A stretch of DNA of 64,000 nucleotides from Eledone cirrhosa (taxonomy: Eukaryota): positions 146,196,001-146,260,000 of the forward strand of contig OZ024743.1 in assembly GCA_964016885.1 (NCBI GenBank). The letters run 5' to 3'. Position numbers and translations under genes: made by a program. The notes beneath the pieces were generated by a model. The model did not search any database, was not told where the DNA came from, and saw only the letters and a program-made list of their open reading frames with translations. This document shows positions 1 to 13,454 of this stretch, piece after piece (position 1 is the stretch's first letter; every line of letters starts with the position of its first letter).

Positions 1-453
1 ACTGGATCATCAGTGTATATCTCTGAAATGTAACTCTTGTGTATATGTTTTTGGACTTATGCACTAAAATTACCACTTTTGATGGCTTATAAGATGCACT
101 TGTTTTAATAAAAATCACTCTACATCTTATAAAGGCAAGTGTCAGTTTGGGTTACTGCCAAGTGGAGTTCTAGTGCTGCAGTGGTCTTTAAATCAAACCA
201 CAAACATCTGCGCAAATGTAAACAAGATGTGATCACTTCTACACCAAAAATGGCAACTCTTTTCTAAAATAAAAGCTACAATTTTATGATGAATAAAATA
301 AATTTATTTTCACTTTCTTTTGTTTTAAAAATGTACTAAATATTTCAACAAAAAATATGATGTAGAAAATAAAGTAAATTTATTTTTACACATTTTTATG
401 TTTTAAAAATGTACTAAAATATTACAACTAGAATTACAATGTAGAATGATAAT

Positions 454-671
454 GGTTTTTTATATAGGCACAAGGCCAGCAATTTTGGGAGAGGGGAAAG
501 TCGATTAAATCGACCCCAGTGCGTGACTGGTACTTTATTTTATTGACCCCGTAAGGATGAAAGGCAAAGTTAACCTCGTCGGAATTTGAACTAAGATCAT
601 AAAGGGGCGTAAATCTAGGCTGAAAACATGGCAGCCGACCCTCTACCGATACTGCCAATCCACCACCCTTA
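454..671 (-). mobile_element. tRNA-derived SINE, family A (Meta-domain-like body)
   Basis: Minus strand reads A-box TGGCAGTATCGG, B-box GTTCAAATTC, then GCCTTTCATCCTTACGGGGTCAATAAAATAAAGTACCAG, which resembles the MetaSINE/Sauria conserved domain; >10 copies in window. Confidence 0.85.
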
Positions 672-862
672 TTGTTTCTACTTTTGGCACAAGGCCAGCA
701 TATACCCAGTGCATTACCGGTACTTTATTTTATCGACCCCGTAAGGATGAAAGGCAAAGTTAACCTCGGTAGGATTTGAACTCAGAATGGCAAGGGCCGT
801 AACTCTATGCGTCAAAGCATGGCATCCGACCCTCTACCGATACTGCCAAACCACCGCCTTTA
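672..862 (-). mobile_element. tRNA-derived SINE, family A (tandem with previous copy)
   Basis: Same A/B boxes and body; an 18-bp direct repeat acaatgtagaatgataat (436-453, 863-880) flanks the pair. Confidence 0.85.
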
Positions 863-977
863 ACAATGTAGAATGATAATAAAAAACTACGATGTACAAA
901 CTTTATAACCTTCACCTGATATTTGTAGTTTAAACCCATTTATTAAGTTTTTTAAATGCCTGTCCAAATTGAGGTGC

Positions 978-1185
978 ATCACCCTGTGGTGTTCGAGATG
1001 TTTGGTGGAGTTGGGCCGCTGACAGCAAAGTTCTTGTCATTCCTGGTGGCTCACTGAGATATCAGGTGATATTTATGCGGGTGCTTGGTTGTTTCAGCAC
1101 CTTAGCCTCGCCATCATCTATGGTAATGCTGTGAGTATATTGGCTTGCTTCAAAGTTAACCCTTATGGTGTGATGCGCGGCCGAT
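978..1185 (+). mobile_element. Degraded 3' end of CRE-clade non-LTR retrotransposon (restriction-like endonuclease)
   Basis: Translates, with a stop and frameshift, to HPVVFEMFGGVGPLTAKFL...AWLFQHLSLAIIYGNAVSIL, matching the PxxxETxGxxG...FQRLSLAIQRGNA terminus of CRE ORFs. Confidence 0.6.
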
Positions 1186-1640
1186 TGTTGTACTTGGTGG
1201 TGAATTGCCCCTTTTTTTACTCTTTTTAATGTTTTTTTAATCCCTCTTTTATGCACTTATATTTGTATATATTATATGTGTTTGTGTTGTCTAAATTATG
1301 TCTATCCCCTTAAATAAAATTCCCTTTATCGTTTATAAGCTGTCTCATATGGTACATATATTAAATAGATAAGGTTAATTTGGAATGTTAGCTGAACCAT
1401 GTTGCCTTAATATTTATGATAAATGGATTAGAGTAATGGCCACAATCAACTTATTAGTTTTATCCTTTTATGATAATGTTAACATTATCATATAATGTTA
1501 ACAGCCTGTCTTACCTTGCATCTCTCTCTTTCACTCCAGCTTTATTATCATTTTAATGGGTAAATATGACCTGACATTTGGTCACTCCTATAACTGTCAA
1601 TAAATATATCACATCTAAACCTAACTTAACTAATTACTTA

Positions 1641-2210
1641 CTTAGAATTTGCATCGCCAGTCTGGAACCCCTATCTTGCTCAGAATATTGACCTCCTGGA
1701 AACTGTTCAGAGACGTGCAACCAAGCGAATACCCTCCATCAGGCATCTATCATACTCTGAATGCTTTGCTTCCCTGGGCATGGATACATTGAAACTCCGA
1801 CGTCTGGCAACTGATTTGGTAAACACCCACAAAATCATTAACCATCTTGCCAACAACAACCCTGAGCACCTTTTTGATTTCCATGTCTCTAACAACCATG
1901 GGCATGCCTACAAAGTCAGAAAACAGCACAACTCCCATGACTTTCAGAAACATTTTTTCACGCTCAGAGTTGCTGCAGCATGGAACAAACTACCTGCATC
2001 AGTTGTTAGCTGCCGAGACACTGCATCCTTTAAAACCTCCATGCTTCCTGAAATTCGACAACTCTACACCTGATATTCTCCCTTTATACACACACATACA
2101 CACTTGTATATTATGACTCATTTTCCTGACATTTGTATATTATTCTATGTATCATACATTCACCTTTGATGAGTTGTAGTGCACCTGAGCACTGTACACA
2201 ATAATTTCAT
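1641..2210 (+). mobile_element. CR1-clade LINE, 5'-truncated 3' end
   Basis: LEFASPVWNPYL..LETVQRRATK..LRRL..DL..GHAYK..FFTLRVAAAWNKLP motif plus a 3' UTR shared with 5580-5915, 6190-6348 and 63835-64000. Confidence 0.9.
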
Positions 2211-2211
2211 T

Positions 2212-2322
2212 AATCCTACCGAGGTTAACTTTGCCTTTCATCCTTATGGGGTCGATAAAATAAAGTACCAGTAATGCACTGGGATAATTGTTGGCCTTGT
2301 GCCAAAAGTAGAAACAATTATT
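2212..2322 (+). mobile_element. SINE family A, 3' half
   Basis: gaggttaactttgcctttcatcc...ggccttgtgccaaaagtagaaacaatta. Confidence 0.8.
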
Positions 2323-2683
2323 ATAAGTAAAGAATTGGCTGAGTTACTCTAAGTACTCTTTGATGATTGCTTGATTGGAAAAAAAAAACAGAACTAGTTT
2401 TGTAAGAGGAATCAATTTCTATACTGGATATATTGAGTACCTTAATTTAGTAATAGTTTTTATACCGTTTTATACCAGAATACCATTGAGCACTATTTAT
2501 CCAGAACACCATTGAGCACTATTTATGATAAATATTTATGTTGAATAGGGTCACCATATCCCTGAGTGTTGTAAGAAGTGACTAAAATGGTTGGTGTCAG
2601 GAAGGGCATTCATCTGTAAAACATTGTCTCAAAAAATCCCGTCAAACCCATGCCAGCATGGAAAAGTGAATGTAAAAACAATA

Positions 2684-2865
2684 ATAATTTCTACTTTTGG
2701 CACAAGGCCAGAAATTACCCCAGTGTATTACTGGTACTTTATTTTATCGACCCCGTAAGGATAAAAGGCAAAGTCAACCTCGGCGGGATTTGAACTCAGA
2801 CCGTAAAGGAACGTAACTATGCTGGAAAGCATGGCGTCCGACCCTCTCCCGATACTGCCAATCCA
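2684..2865 (-). mobile_element. SINE family A
   Basis: Full head and body match to 672-862. Confidence 0.85.
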
Positions 2866-3184
2866 AACAATAATGATGATGAAAATAGCATATAATAGAT
2901 TTAAGATAAATTTAATGTAGATATAGCTACGGTTTTGTAATTAGATGCCTTGCTGTAAAAAATGAAGTATAAAACACACTTTCTCTGTGTACATAGAAAA
3001 ACATGTTTATCCTGTTTCACATAAATAGAGACTGGTATAAGATTGCTCTATAGACAGGATCATAGCAGCAGTTACCTTCTGAAACATGTTAAGACATTCT
3101 CTTGTGTATTTCTGTGCACACAGGGGACATTCTCTTGTGTATTTCTGTGTACACAGGGAATAATAGAATGTGTGTTAGCACTTC

Positions 3185-3395
3185 ATTGGATTGGCAGTAC
3201 CTGTGCGCCAGCCAACATGCTTTGTGGCATTGAGTTACGGCCCTTTACGCTCTGTGTTCAAATTTTTCTGAGATTAGCTTTGACTTTCATGCTTACAGGG
3301 TCGATAAATAAAGCACCAGTAATGCACTGGGGTCGATCTAATCGACTTTTCCCTCACCCCAAAATTGTTGGCCTTGTGCTTAAATCAGAAATCAT
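3185..3395 (+). mobile_element. SINE family A (diverged)
   Basis: ggattggcagtac...gttcaaat...gggtcgataaataaagcaccag. Confidence 0.75.
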
Positions 3396-3479
3396 TATTT
3401 TTACAGTGAACTTTTAATTAAAAAAACTGTAAGTAAATATACATATACCTAAATTTAATTTAACTTAAATCTTAAATAT

Positions 3480-3625
3480 CTAGCAACAGGTCTGGAACTA
3501 ACTGTTGAAACAGCAAGAGCTCAGCCGTTGGGTGCTGATTCTTGTTAATATAGCCATACTCTACTTCCCAAGTACCGAGTACTCTGTTGAGTAATGGTGT
3601 AACTAGTTTAAAACTGGTTCTATCT
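3480..3625. mobile_element. Penelope-like pseudo-LTR fragment (family of the 40168-41330 element)
   Basis: gaaacagcaagagctcagccgttgggtgctgattctt resembles the terminal repeat at 41275-41328; the following segment resembles 41215-41265 inverted. Confidence 0.5.
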
Positions 3626-3784
<159 letters not shown>

Positions 3785-4107
3785 AATATATATATATATA
3801 TATATAAGAAACCACTATCCACTGATTGACCTCGATGTCACGTGATTGATTCTTTTGAATTTGCCACCGACGCAGTAGGCAGTGATTTTATCAATGGCTT
3901 GGAATTAGTCCTCGCTTTGCTTTTTCCATCCACTGAATTATTTTTGTATAAGTTCCCTATGTCCACGTATTGCCTGGAAACTTAGCTGAGAATAGACTCC
4001 GTGCGTTCTTCGGATAGTACGTTTAATCCCTTTCAGAAACTAATTAGTTGGGAGTGAAATTTAAGTAAGTAAGTTAATTTTATAATTTTCTTATTTTACG
4101 TCTCTCA

Positions 4108-4138
<31 letters not shown>

Positions 4139-4394
4139 CATCATCATCATCATCGTTTTTACGTCTGCTTTTCCATGCTTGCATGGGTTGGACAGGTATT
4201 TCTTAACATAGCATCTCTTTACTTGTCACATTCCTTCATCATCTCTTCTGTCAGTCTTAACGATTTGAGGTTCACTCTCACAACCTCTGTCCAGGCCTCT
4301 ATTGCAGCTTCTTTCCACTGGGATTTCCTTGTATATATACAAATATATGAAGAAAAAATTAGGTATATTTTGTCTATATTTTCTCTTCACATAC

Positions 4395-4479
<85 letters not shown>

Positions 4480-4533
4480 GAATGATCACAAAGACAGGAT
4501 GCTATTTTTCATATTTTATATTTCATTAATTTG

Positions 4534-4720
4534 AGGTGGATTGGCAGTATCGGTAGAGTGTCGGCCGCCATGCTTTGACGCATACAGTTACGGCCCTTGT
4601 CATTCTGAGTTCAAATCCCGCCGAGGTTAACTTTGCCTTTCATCCTTACGGGGTCGATAAAATAAAGTACCAGTAATGTACTGGCTAATTTCTGGCCTTG
4701 TGCCAAAAGTAGAAACAATT
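4534..4720 (+). mobile_element. SINE family A, full length
   Basis: A-box tggcagtatcgg, B-box gttcaaatcc, conserved body and tail. Confidence 0.9.
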
Positions 4721-5339
4721 AATTTGAGTAGATGCCACACTGTTGATAGCTATAAATAATAACTGAAAAAGTTGGGTTAAATGACTTCTGTATGAATTGA
4801 CCCACACACCTGCCGATATGTTATTATTTTCCCCCATCTCCTGGGGTACTGTGTACACAGTAAAACCATATGTATCAATAGACCATATACAAAATAAATA
4901 TTCGTTTAAGGTGGTTATTCTGGTTTGTCTTGTTGTAGTCTCCCTTGAACGCTTAAGGTGTAAGCATGAGTTTTGTCCCTTGATTCTAAATTTTTGGGAA
5001 AACTATTTACATATATTATTGGATTCCTTGAAACTTAATTACCGTATTTTTTGGCGTCAAAGTCAATACTTTTAAAGCTTTAAATATATTCTAAAGGATA
5101 AAGGTAATATTTTTCACAGGCATATTTTTAAACAAAGTGAGAATTTTCTACGCTAGAAGGTTATTTGAAATCCTGTATATTGCCTATGAATATAGTGTAT
5201 AAATTATATACTCAGTTGAAATAGTAAAAAAAGCGTAAAGAATGATTTAATACTGTAAACACACACATACACACGCACGCACGCACGCACGCACGCACGC
5301 ACACATATAACCTTGCAAAACAAATATATATATATATGT

Positions 5340-5565
5340 GAGTCCTGGGTACAACTGTGGGTAACCACAGTAAGTAAAGTACTCAATACATTAGTAGAGT
5401 ATATACAATATTTAATATAGAAATGGCTTCTACAGGACTAGAATTGTTTCATTCAAAATAAATCATCATTGTAATATGGTAGTTATTACAATGAGAGTTG
5501 GCTTTTCTGATGATTTCTTTTGAATGAAATGAAACAGTTCTAGACCTGTAGAAGTCATTTATATA
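5340..5565. mobile_element. Penelope-like inverted pseudo-LTR remnant with hammerhead-like core
   Basis: Inverted arms (about 5416-5468 / 5509-5565); ctgatgatttc...gaaacag core; related copy at 26928-27080. Confidence 0.55.
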
Positions 5566-5579
5566 TATCATCATCATCA

Positions 5580-5915
5580 TCGCCTTTTTGATCTCCATGT
5601 GTCTAACACACGTGGACATGCTTACAAAGTCAGAAAACAGCACAGCTCCCATGACTTTTGGAAACATTTTTTCACGCTCAGAGTTGCTGAAGCATGGAAC
5701 AAACTGCCTGCGTCAGTTGTTAGCTGCCGAGACACTGCATCCTTTAAAACCCTCATGCTTCCCGAAATACACCAAAACTACACCTGATGTACCCTTTCCA
5801 TACACATGCACTGTTCATTTTCCTAACGTTTGTACATTACCCTATGTACTATACATACACTTTTTGATGAGTTGTAGTGCACCTGAGCACTGTACAATAT
5901 TTCATTATTATTATT
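5580..5915 (+). mobile_element. CR1 LINE 3' end
   Basis: SNTRGHAYKVRKQHSSHDFWKHFFTLRVAEAWNKLP; same family as 1641-2210. Confidence 0.9.
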
Positions 5916-6189
5916 ATTATCATCATTTTACGTCCGCTTTTCCCTGCTTGCAAGGGTGGGACGGGAACTGATTCTGGTTTGATTTCTACAGCTGGATGCC
6001 CTTCCTAACACGTCCACTTTACAGTGATATATATATATATATATATATCACTGTAAAGTGGACGTGTAGGTGCCACTATAAATGAGGTTGGTGTTAGGAA
6101 GGGCATCCAGCTGTAGAAATCAAACCAGAATCAGTTCCCGTCCCACTCTTGCAAGCAGGGAAAAGCGGACGTAAAATGATGATAATAAT

Positions 6190-6348
6190 AATAATAATAA
6201 TGAAAATATTGTGTACAGTGCTCAGGTGCACTACAACTCATCAAAAGTGTATGTATAGTACATAGGGTAATGTACAAACGTCAGGAAAATGAACAGTACA
6301 TGAGTCATAATATACACATGTGTGCATGCGTATGGAAGGGGGGACATC
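6190..6348 (-). mobile_element. CR1 3' UTR (right arm of composite palindrome)
   Basis: Reverse complement of about 5785-5915. Confidence 0.85.
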
Positions 6349-6349
6349 T

Positions 6350-7060
6350 CACTTTTTGTATACAACATACATCTACTTCTCTTCTCTCTAACAGTTCCAC
6401 AATTTCACCTGATTTATCTTTCAGAGAGCCAGCATTGAGGGTGGCAGTCTTGAGATTTGTACCTTGACAGTTGTTACTTCCTTGGGTAGAGGTTCTATGT
6501 ACCTGAAAGAAAAAAAGGCTCTGCGATTGTTTGTTGAAGGTCGAGGGGTTCTCACACATGGCTACTCAAGCCACCCCACTACCATGCGCAGCACACACAT
6601 GACTAGTGTTAGCCATGTACATGCAATTAGTAAAAATCGTATTAGTGCTTGTCATATTTTGGCAAGTTTTTCTGGCTATCACCAACTACTTCACAGCATG
6701 GACTGGGTGCATTATTCATGCCACCAGCACTAGAGAGGTTGTCTTACTGGACTCAAGAATCCTCTCCACTCTATATCAGTTTTTATTTGGAGTCACTGCC
6801 CTCCAAGATGGGTTGCCTTCACTACAGCTTATAGAGTCCACATCTGCCCTATGCAGCCATATTTAATCGGAGTCACTGCCCTCCTAGATGTGTTGCATTC
6901 ATTACAGCTTATGGAGTCCATACCTTCCCTGTGTAGTTGTTTTTAATCAGAGTCACTGCCCTCCTAGATGGGTTGCCTTCACTACAGCTTGTAGAGTCCA
7001 TATCTTCCCCGAAATCATAATCTTACTTGAAAAAGCAGCAGACCTTAGAGTAGCAATCAA
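6350..7060 (-). mobile_element. 5' portion of an RTE LINE (APE N-terminus and 5' UTR with three ~80-bp repeats)
   Basis: TATLNAGSLKDKSGEIVELLERREVDVCCIQ is an APE endonuclease start; repeat units begin near 6790, 6870 and 6950. Confidence 0.65.
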
Positions 7061-7111
7061 TTTTGGTGATGTCACAGGGAATATGCTTATGTATAATGGT
7101 TTCTGATTTAG

Positions 7112-7315
7112 GAATAAGGCCAACAACTTTTTGGGAAAGGAAAGTTGATTAAATCAACCTCAGTACGTTACTGATACTTTATTTTATCGTCCTTGAATGG
7201 ATGAAAGGCCAAGCTAACCTTGGAGAGATTTGAACTCAGAACATAAACTATTAATATATGCCATAAAGCATGTTATCTGACAGTCTACTCATACTACCAA
7301 TCCAACCGCCCTTTG
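7112..7315 (-). mobile_element. SINE family A (diverged)
   Basis: Body and head match other copies. Confidence 0.75.
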
Positions 7316-7519
7316 TATGTTTATGTATGATGCATGCATGGTCCCGTAACTCCTGAGGGAGTCGTAGGTGTGCTGTAATGACATACAGTGTTTTTAGGGA
7401 ATTTTCAAACCTGGCAGAGCCCAATCCTCTCCAGGTCTGAATACAGCATTTTTCTTCCAGAGAAGGATAGAGAGAGAGAGAGTGATAGAATGGAAGTGAG
7501 AAAGAGATATAGTGGAAGA

Positions 7520-7650
7520 ATGGACCCCAGTACTAGACTGGTACTTTTTTTTATTGACCTTCAATAGATGAAAGGTAAAGCTGACCTCGGCGGGATTTGA
7601 ACACAGAATGTAATGGGCTGTAACTATATGCTGCAAAGCATGTTATCCAA
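7520..7650 (-). mobile_element. SINE family A interrupted by minisatellite (head resumes at 11155-11170)
   Basis: ctggtacttt...gatgaaaggtaaagctgacctcggcgggatttgaac...gcaaagcatgttatcc, then the array, then gactgccctt. Confidence 0.75.
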
Positions 7651-10600
7651 TGGTCTACCAATGGTCTACCAATGGTCTTACCAATGGTCTACCAATGGTC
7701 TACCAATGGTCTTACCAATGGTCTACCAATGCTCTACCAATGGTCTACCAATGGTCTTACCAATGGTCTTACCGATGGTCTACCAATGGTCTACCAATGG
7801 TTTTACCAATGGTCTACCAATGGTCTACCAATTGTCTTACCAATGGTCTACCAATGGTCTACCAATGGTCTACCAATGGTCTTACCAATGGTCTACCAAT
7901 GGTCTACCAATGGTCTATCAATGGTCTACCAATGGTCTACCAATTGTCTTACCAATGGTCTACCAATGGTCTTACCAATGGTCTTACCAATGGTCTACCA
8001 ATGGTTTTACCAATGGTCTACCAATGGTCTACCAATGGTCTACCAATTGTCTTACCAATGGTCTACCAATGGTCTACCAATGGTCTACCAATGGTCTTAC
8101 CAATGGTCTACCAATGGTCTTACCAATGGTATACCAATGGTATACCAATGGTCTACCAATGGTCTACCAATGGTCTACCAATGCTCTACCAATGGTCTAC
8201 CAATGGTCTTACCAATGGTCTTACCAATGGTCTACCAATGGTTTTACCAATGGTCTACCAATGGTCTACCAATGGTCTACCAATTGTCTTACCAATGGTC
8301 TACCAATGGTCTTACCAATGGTCTACCAATGGTCTACCAATGGTCTACCAATTGTCTTACCAATGGTCTACCAATTGTCTTACCAATGGTCTACCAATGG
8401 TCTACCAATGGTCTTACCAATGGTCTACCAATGGTCTTACCAATGGTCTTACCAATGGTCTACCAATGGTCTTACCAATGGTCTTACCAATGGTCTACCA
8501 ATGGTCTTACCAATGGTCTTACCAATGGTCTACCAATGGTCTTACCAATGGTCTACCAATGCTCTACCAATGGTCTACCAATGGTCTTACCAATGGTCTT
8601 ACCAATGGTCTACCAATGGTTTTTGGTCTACCAATGGTCTACCAATGGTCTACCAATTGTCTTACCAATGGTCTACCAATGGTCTACCAATGGTCTTACC
8701 AATGGTCTACCAATGGTCTATCAATGGTCTACCAATGGTCTACCAATTGTCTTACCAATGGTCTACCAATGGTCTACCAATGGTCTACCAATTGTCTTAC
8801 CAATGGTCTACCAATGGTCTACCAATGGTCTTACCAATGGTCTACCAATGGTCTTACCAATGGTCTACCAATGGTTTTACCAATGGTCTACCAATGGTCT
8901 ACCAATGGTCTTACCAATGGTCTTACCAATGGTCTACCAATGGTCTTACCAATGGTCTACCAATGGTCTACCAATGGTCTACCAATGGTCTACCAATGGT
9001 CTTACCAATGGTCTACCAATGGTCTACCAATGGTTTTACCAATGGTCTACCAATGGTCTACCAATGGTCTTACCAATGGTCTACCAATGGTTTTACCAAT
9101 GGTCTTACCAATGGTCTACCAATGGTCTTACCAATGGTCTTACCAATGGTCTACCAATGGTCTACCAATGGTCTTACCAATGGTCTACCAATGGTCTACC
9201 AATGGTCTTACCAATGGTCTTACCAATGGTTTTACCAATGGTCTACCAATGGTCTACCAATTGTCTTACCAATGGTCTTACCAATGGTCTACCAATGGTC
9301 TTACCAATGGTCTACCAATGGTCTTACCAATGGTCTTACCAATGGTCTACCAATGGTCTACCAATGGTCTTACCAATGGTCTTACCAATGGTCTTACCAA
9401 TGGTCTACCAATGGTTTTACCAATGGTCTACCAATGGTCTTACCAATGGTCTACCAATGGTCTTACCAATGGTCTTACCAATGGTCTACCAATGGTCTTA
9501 CCAATGGTCTTACCAATGGTCTACCAATGGTCTTACCAATGGTCTACCAATGCTCTACCAATGGTCTACCAATGGTCTTACCAATGGTCTTACCAATGGT
9601 CTACCAATGGTTTTTGGTCTACCAATGGTCTACCAATGGTCTACCAATTGTCTTACCAATGGTCTACCAATGGTCTACCAATGGTCTTACCAATGGTCTA
9701 CCAATGGTCTATCAATGGTCTACCAATGGTCTACCAATTGTCTTACCAATGGTCTACCAATGGTCTACCAATGGTCTACCAATTGTCTTACCAATGGTCT
9801 ACCAATGGTCTACCAATGGTCTTACCAATGGTCTACCAATGGTCTTACCAATGGTCTACCAATGGTTTTACCAATGGTCTACCAATGGTCTACCAATGGT
9901 CTTACCAATGGTCTTACCAATGGTCTACCAATGGTCTTACCAATGGTCTACCAATGGTCTACCAATGGTCTACCAATGGTCTACCAATGGTCTTACCAAT
10001 GGTCTACCAATGGTCTACCAATGGTTTTACCAATGGTCTACCAATGGTCTACCAATGGTCTTACCAATGGTCTACCAATGGTTTTACCAATGGTCTTACC
10101 AATGGTCTACCAATGGTCTTACCAATGGTCTTACCAATGGTCTACCAATGGTCTACCAATGGTCTTACCAATGGTCTACCAATGGTCTACCAATGGTCTT
10201 ACCAATGGTCTTACCAATGGTCTTACCAATGGTCTACCAATGGTCTACCAATTGTCTTACCAATGGTCTTACCAATGGTCTACCAATGGTCTTACCAATG
10301 GTCTACCAATGGTCTTACCAATGGTCTTACCAATGGTCTACCAATGGTCTACCAATGGTCTTACCAATGGTCTTACCAATGGTCTTACCAATGGTCTACC
10401 AATGGTTTTACCAATGGTCTACCAATGGTCTTACCAATGGTCTACCAATGGTCTTACCAATGGTCTTACCAATGGTCTACCAATGGTCTTACCAATGGTC
10501 TTACCAATGGTCTACCAATGGTCTTACCAATGGTCTTACCAATGGTCTACCAATGGTCTACCAATGGTCTTACCAATGGTCTTACCAATGGTCTACCAAT

Positions 10601-11157
10601 GGTCTACCAATGGTCTACCAATGGTCTTACCAATGGTCTACCAATGGTCTACCAATGGTCTTACCAATGGTCTTACCAATGGTCTACCAATGGTCTACCA
10701 ATGGTCTACCAATGGTCTACCAATGGTCTTACCAATGGTCTACCAATGGTCTACCAATGGTCTACCAATGGTCTACCAATGGTCTTACCAATGGTCTTAC
10801 CAATGGTCTACCAATGGTCTACCAATGGTCTTACCAATGGTCTACCAATGGTCTACCAATGGTCTTACCAATGGTCTACCAATGGTCTACCAATGGTCTT
10901 ACCAATTGTCTTACCAATGGTCTACCAATGGTCTACCAATGGTCTACCAATGGTCTACCAATGGTTTTACCAATGGTCTTACCAATGGTCTACCAATGGT
11001 CTACCAATGGTCTTACCAATTGTCTTACCAATGGTCTACCAATGGTCTTACCAATGGTCTACCAATGGTCTACCAATGGTCTACCAATTGTCTTACCAAT
11101 GGTCTACCAATGGTCTTACCAATGGTCTACCAATGGTCTACCAATGGTCTACCAATT
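7648..11157. repeat. Minisatellite of interspersed 11-mer ACCAATGGTCT and 12-mer ACCAATGGTCTT with an internal 991-bp duplication
   Basis: About 3.5 kb of tandem units; rare variants recur at a 991-bp offset (8561/9552, 8618/9609, 8721/9712). Confidence 0.97.
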
Positions 11158-11330
11158 GACTGCCCTTCGTATGCTTATGTATGATAAACATACATAAATC
11201 TTGCAATGGCACCTTGTTTTGTAAACATGTCACAGCTACCTCAGTAGGTGTCTGAATGCCAGCGATGTTTCTCTCTTCAGTACCGAGGCCAAGATATGCG
11301 TTCATTTTCTAATTTCTGAGTATATGGTGA

Positions 11331-11365
<35 letters not shown>

Positions 11366-11548
11366 CATGCACATACGCACATGCACACACACACACATGC
11401 ACACATACACACACACACAAGCAGAACAAACATTTATATATAGTGGTTTGACATTACATTGACATTTAAATATCGATGGGTAAGTGTTTGTGCGCGAATA
11501 TATGCATATGTGATAGAGATTGTGTTGTGTGTTGTGTGCGTGTATGTA

Positions 11549-11596
<48 letters not shown>

Positions 11597-11710
11597 AGTC
11601 AGTGTATGCGTGAGTGTGTCTGGGGGTGTTTATGTGTGTGTGTTTCTGAGTAGTATGTGAGTGTGTGTGTTAATGTATGTGGTGTGAGTGCATGCAAGTA
11701 TGTCTGTGTA

Positions 11711-11746
<36 letters not shown>

Positions 11747-11938
11747 AAGGATATGTATACATGCATGATATGTGTATATGCATGGTATGCGTATATGCAT
11801 GAATATGTGTATGTATAAAGAATTGTATGTATGACTAATTTGTACACATGTGTATTTCATGTGTGTACATGATAAATGTATGCAGACATTTCTGCTTGTG
11901 TGTATGCATGTGTGTATGTATATCATCATCATCATCAT

Positions 11939-12029
<91 letters not shown>

Positions 12030-12360
12030 CATATATATATGTATGTATCTATATATATATGTATATATGTATATATTTATATATGTATATATGTATGTAT
12101 GTATGCATGTATGTATGTGTGTATGTATGTATGTATGTATGTATGTATGTATGTGTATGCATATATATATTTGTGTGAATGTATATATATATATGTACAC
12201 ATTCACACTCACACACACACATATATACACACACAGGCATATATATATATGTATGTATATATATGTGTGTATGTATGCATGTATGTATGTATGTATGTAT
12301 GTATGTGTGATGTATGTATGATGTATATATAAACATATATGTATATATACACATACACAT

Positions 12361-12445
<85 letters not shown>

Positions 12446-12809
12446 TGTGTGATTGTGTATATAGTGAGTTTAGTTAAATCCATCTGTATAATGAATAACT
12501 TAGAGCTAATTTGCTGTCATTCAGTTGGTGATGTACCTTAAAGGCTTAGGTGTGTGTAAATAAGTTCTGTCAAAAGCCAGGTCCACATTCCTCTTTGATT
12601 CCTTTCAATAGGAAGAATGGTGTAATGTGTTTTTATTTCTTTGTCTACTTAATTAGCAGCACTTTGCCTTCTTGGATTGTTTCTTTTTGTAGTTGTAGCT
12701 TTACTTTCATATTTATTTTACAGAGATTTCCTCTGCTTATGATTGTGTATGTATACGTGAGTTGATTACTGTGTTGTGAGAGTGTGCATGTATGTGTATG
12801 TGGATATAA

Positions 12810-12845
<36 letters not shown>

Positions 12846-12863
12846 ATATATATATATATATGT

Positions 12864-12911
<48 letters not shown>

Positions 12912-13008
12912 GTATATATATATATGTGTGTGAGTGTGTGTGTATATATATATATATATATATGTATATGTATATATATATATGTGTACATATATATATA
13001 TATATGTG

Positions 13009-13056
<48 letters not shown>

Positions 13057-13068
13057 TGTATGTGTGTG

Positions 13069-13143
<75 letters not shown>

Positions 13144-13146
13144 AAA

Positions 13147-13216
<70 letters not shown>

Positions 13217-13454
13217 CACCCATAAAATGATGATGATGATAACGAATGAAAGAACAAAAAATAATCATATCAAGGCGGAATATGATGCAAATTAAAGTTA
13301 TTAGGTTGACAATGTATGTATTTGTATGTATTTGTGTGTAGATGTGTGAATATTTATATATGTACATCTTCATATTAACATGCACACAAGAAGAACGGAC
13401 AGTAAATGGTGATGTTGATGGTAATGATATTTTCTCTATCTATCCCTAGTGATC

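Noticed and set aside
4534-4625. tRNA genes
   Set aside because: The A/B boxes belong to SINE heads followed by the SINE body; no full cloverleaf
7648-11157. CRISPR-like array or telomere
   Set aside because: No unique spacers, no cas genes, eukaryotic context, and not TTAGGG-type
7613-11197. Three overlapping ~1170-1194-aa ORFs
   Set aside because: The satellite units lack stop codons on the plus strand, so all three frames are open and give the same cyclic peptide; there is no coding evidence
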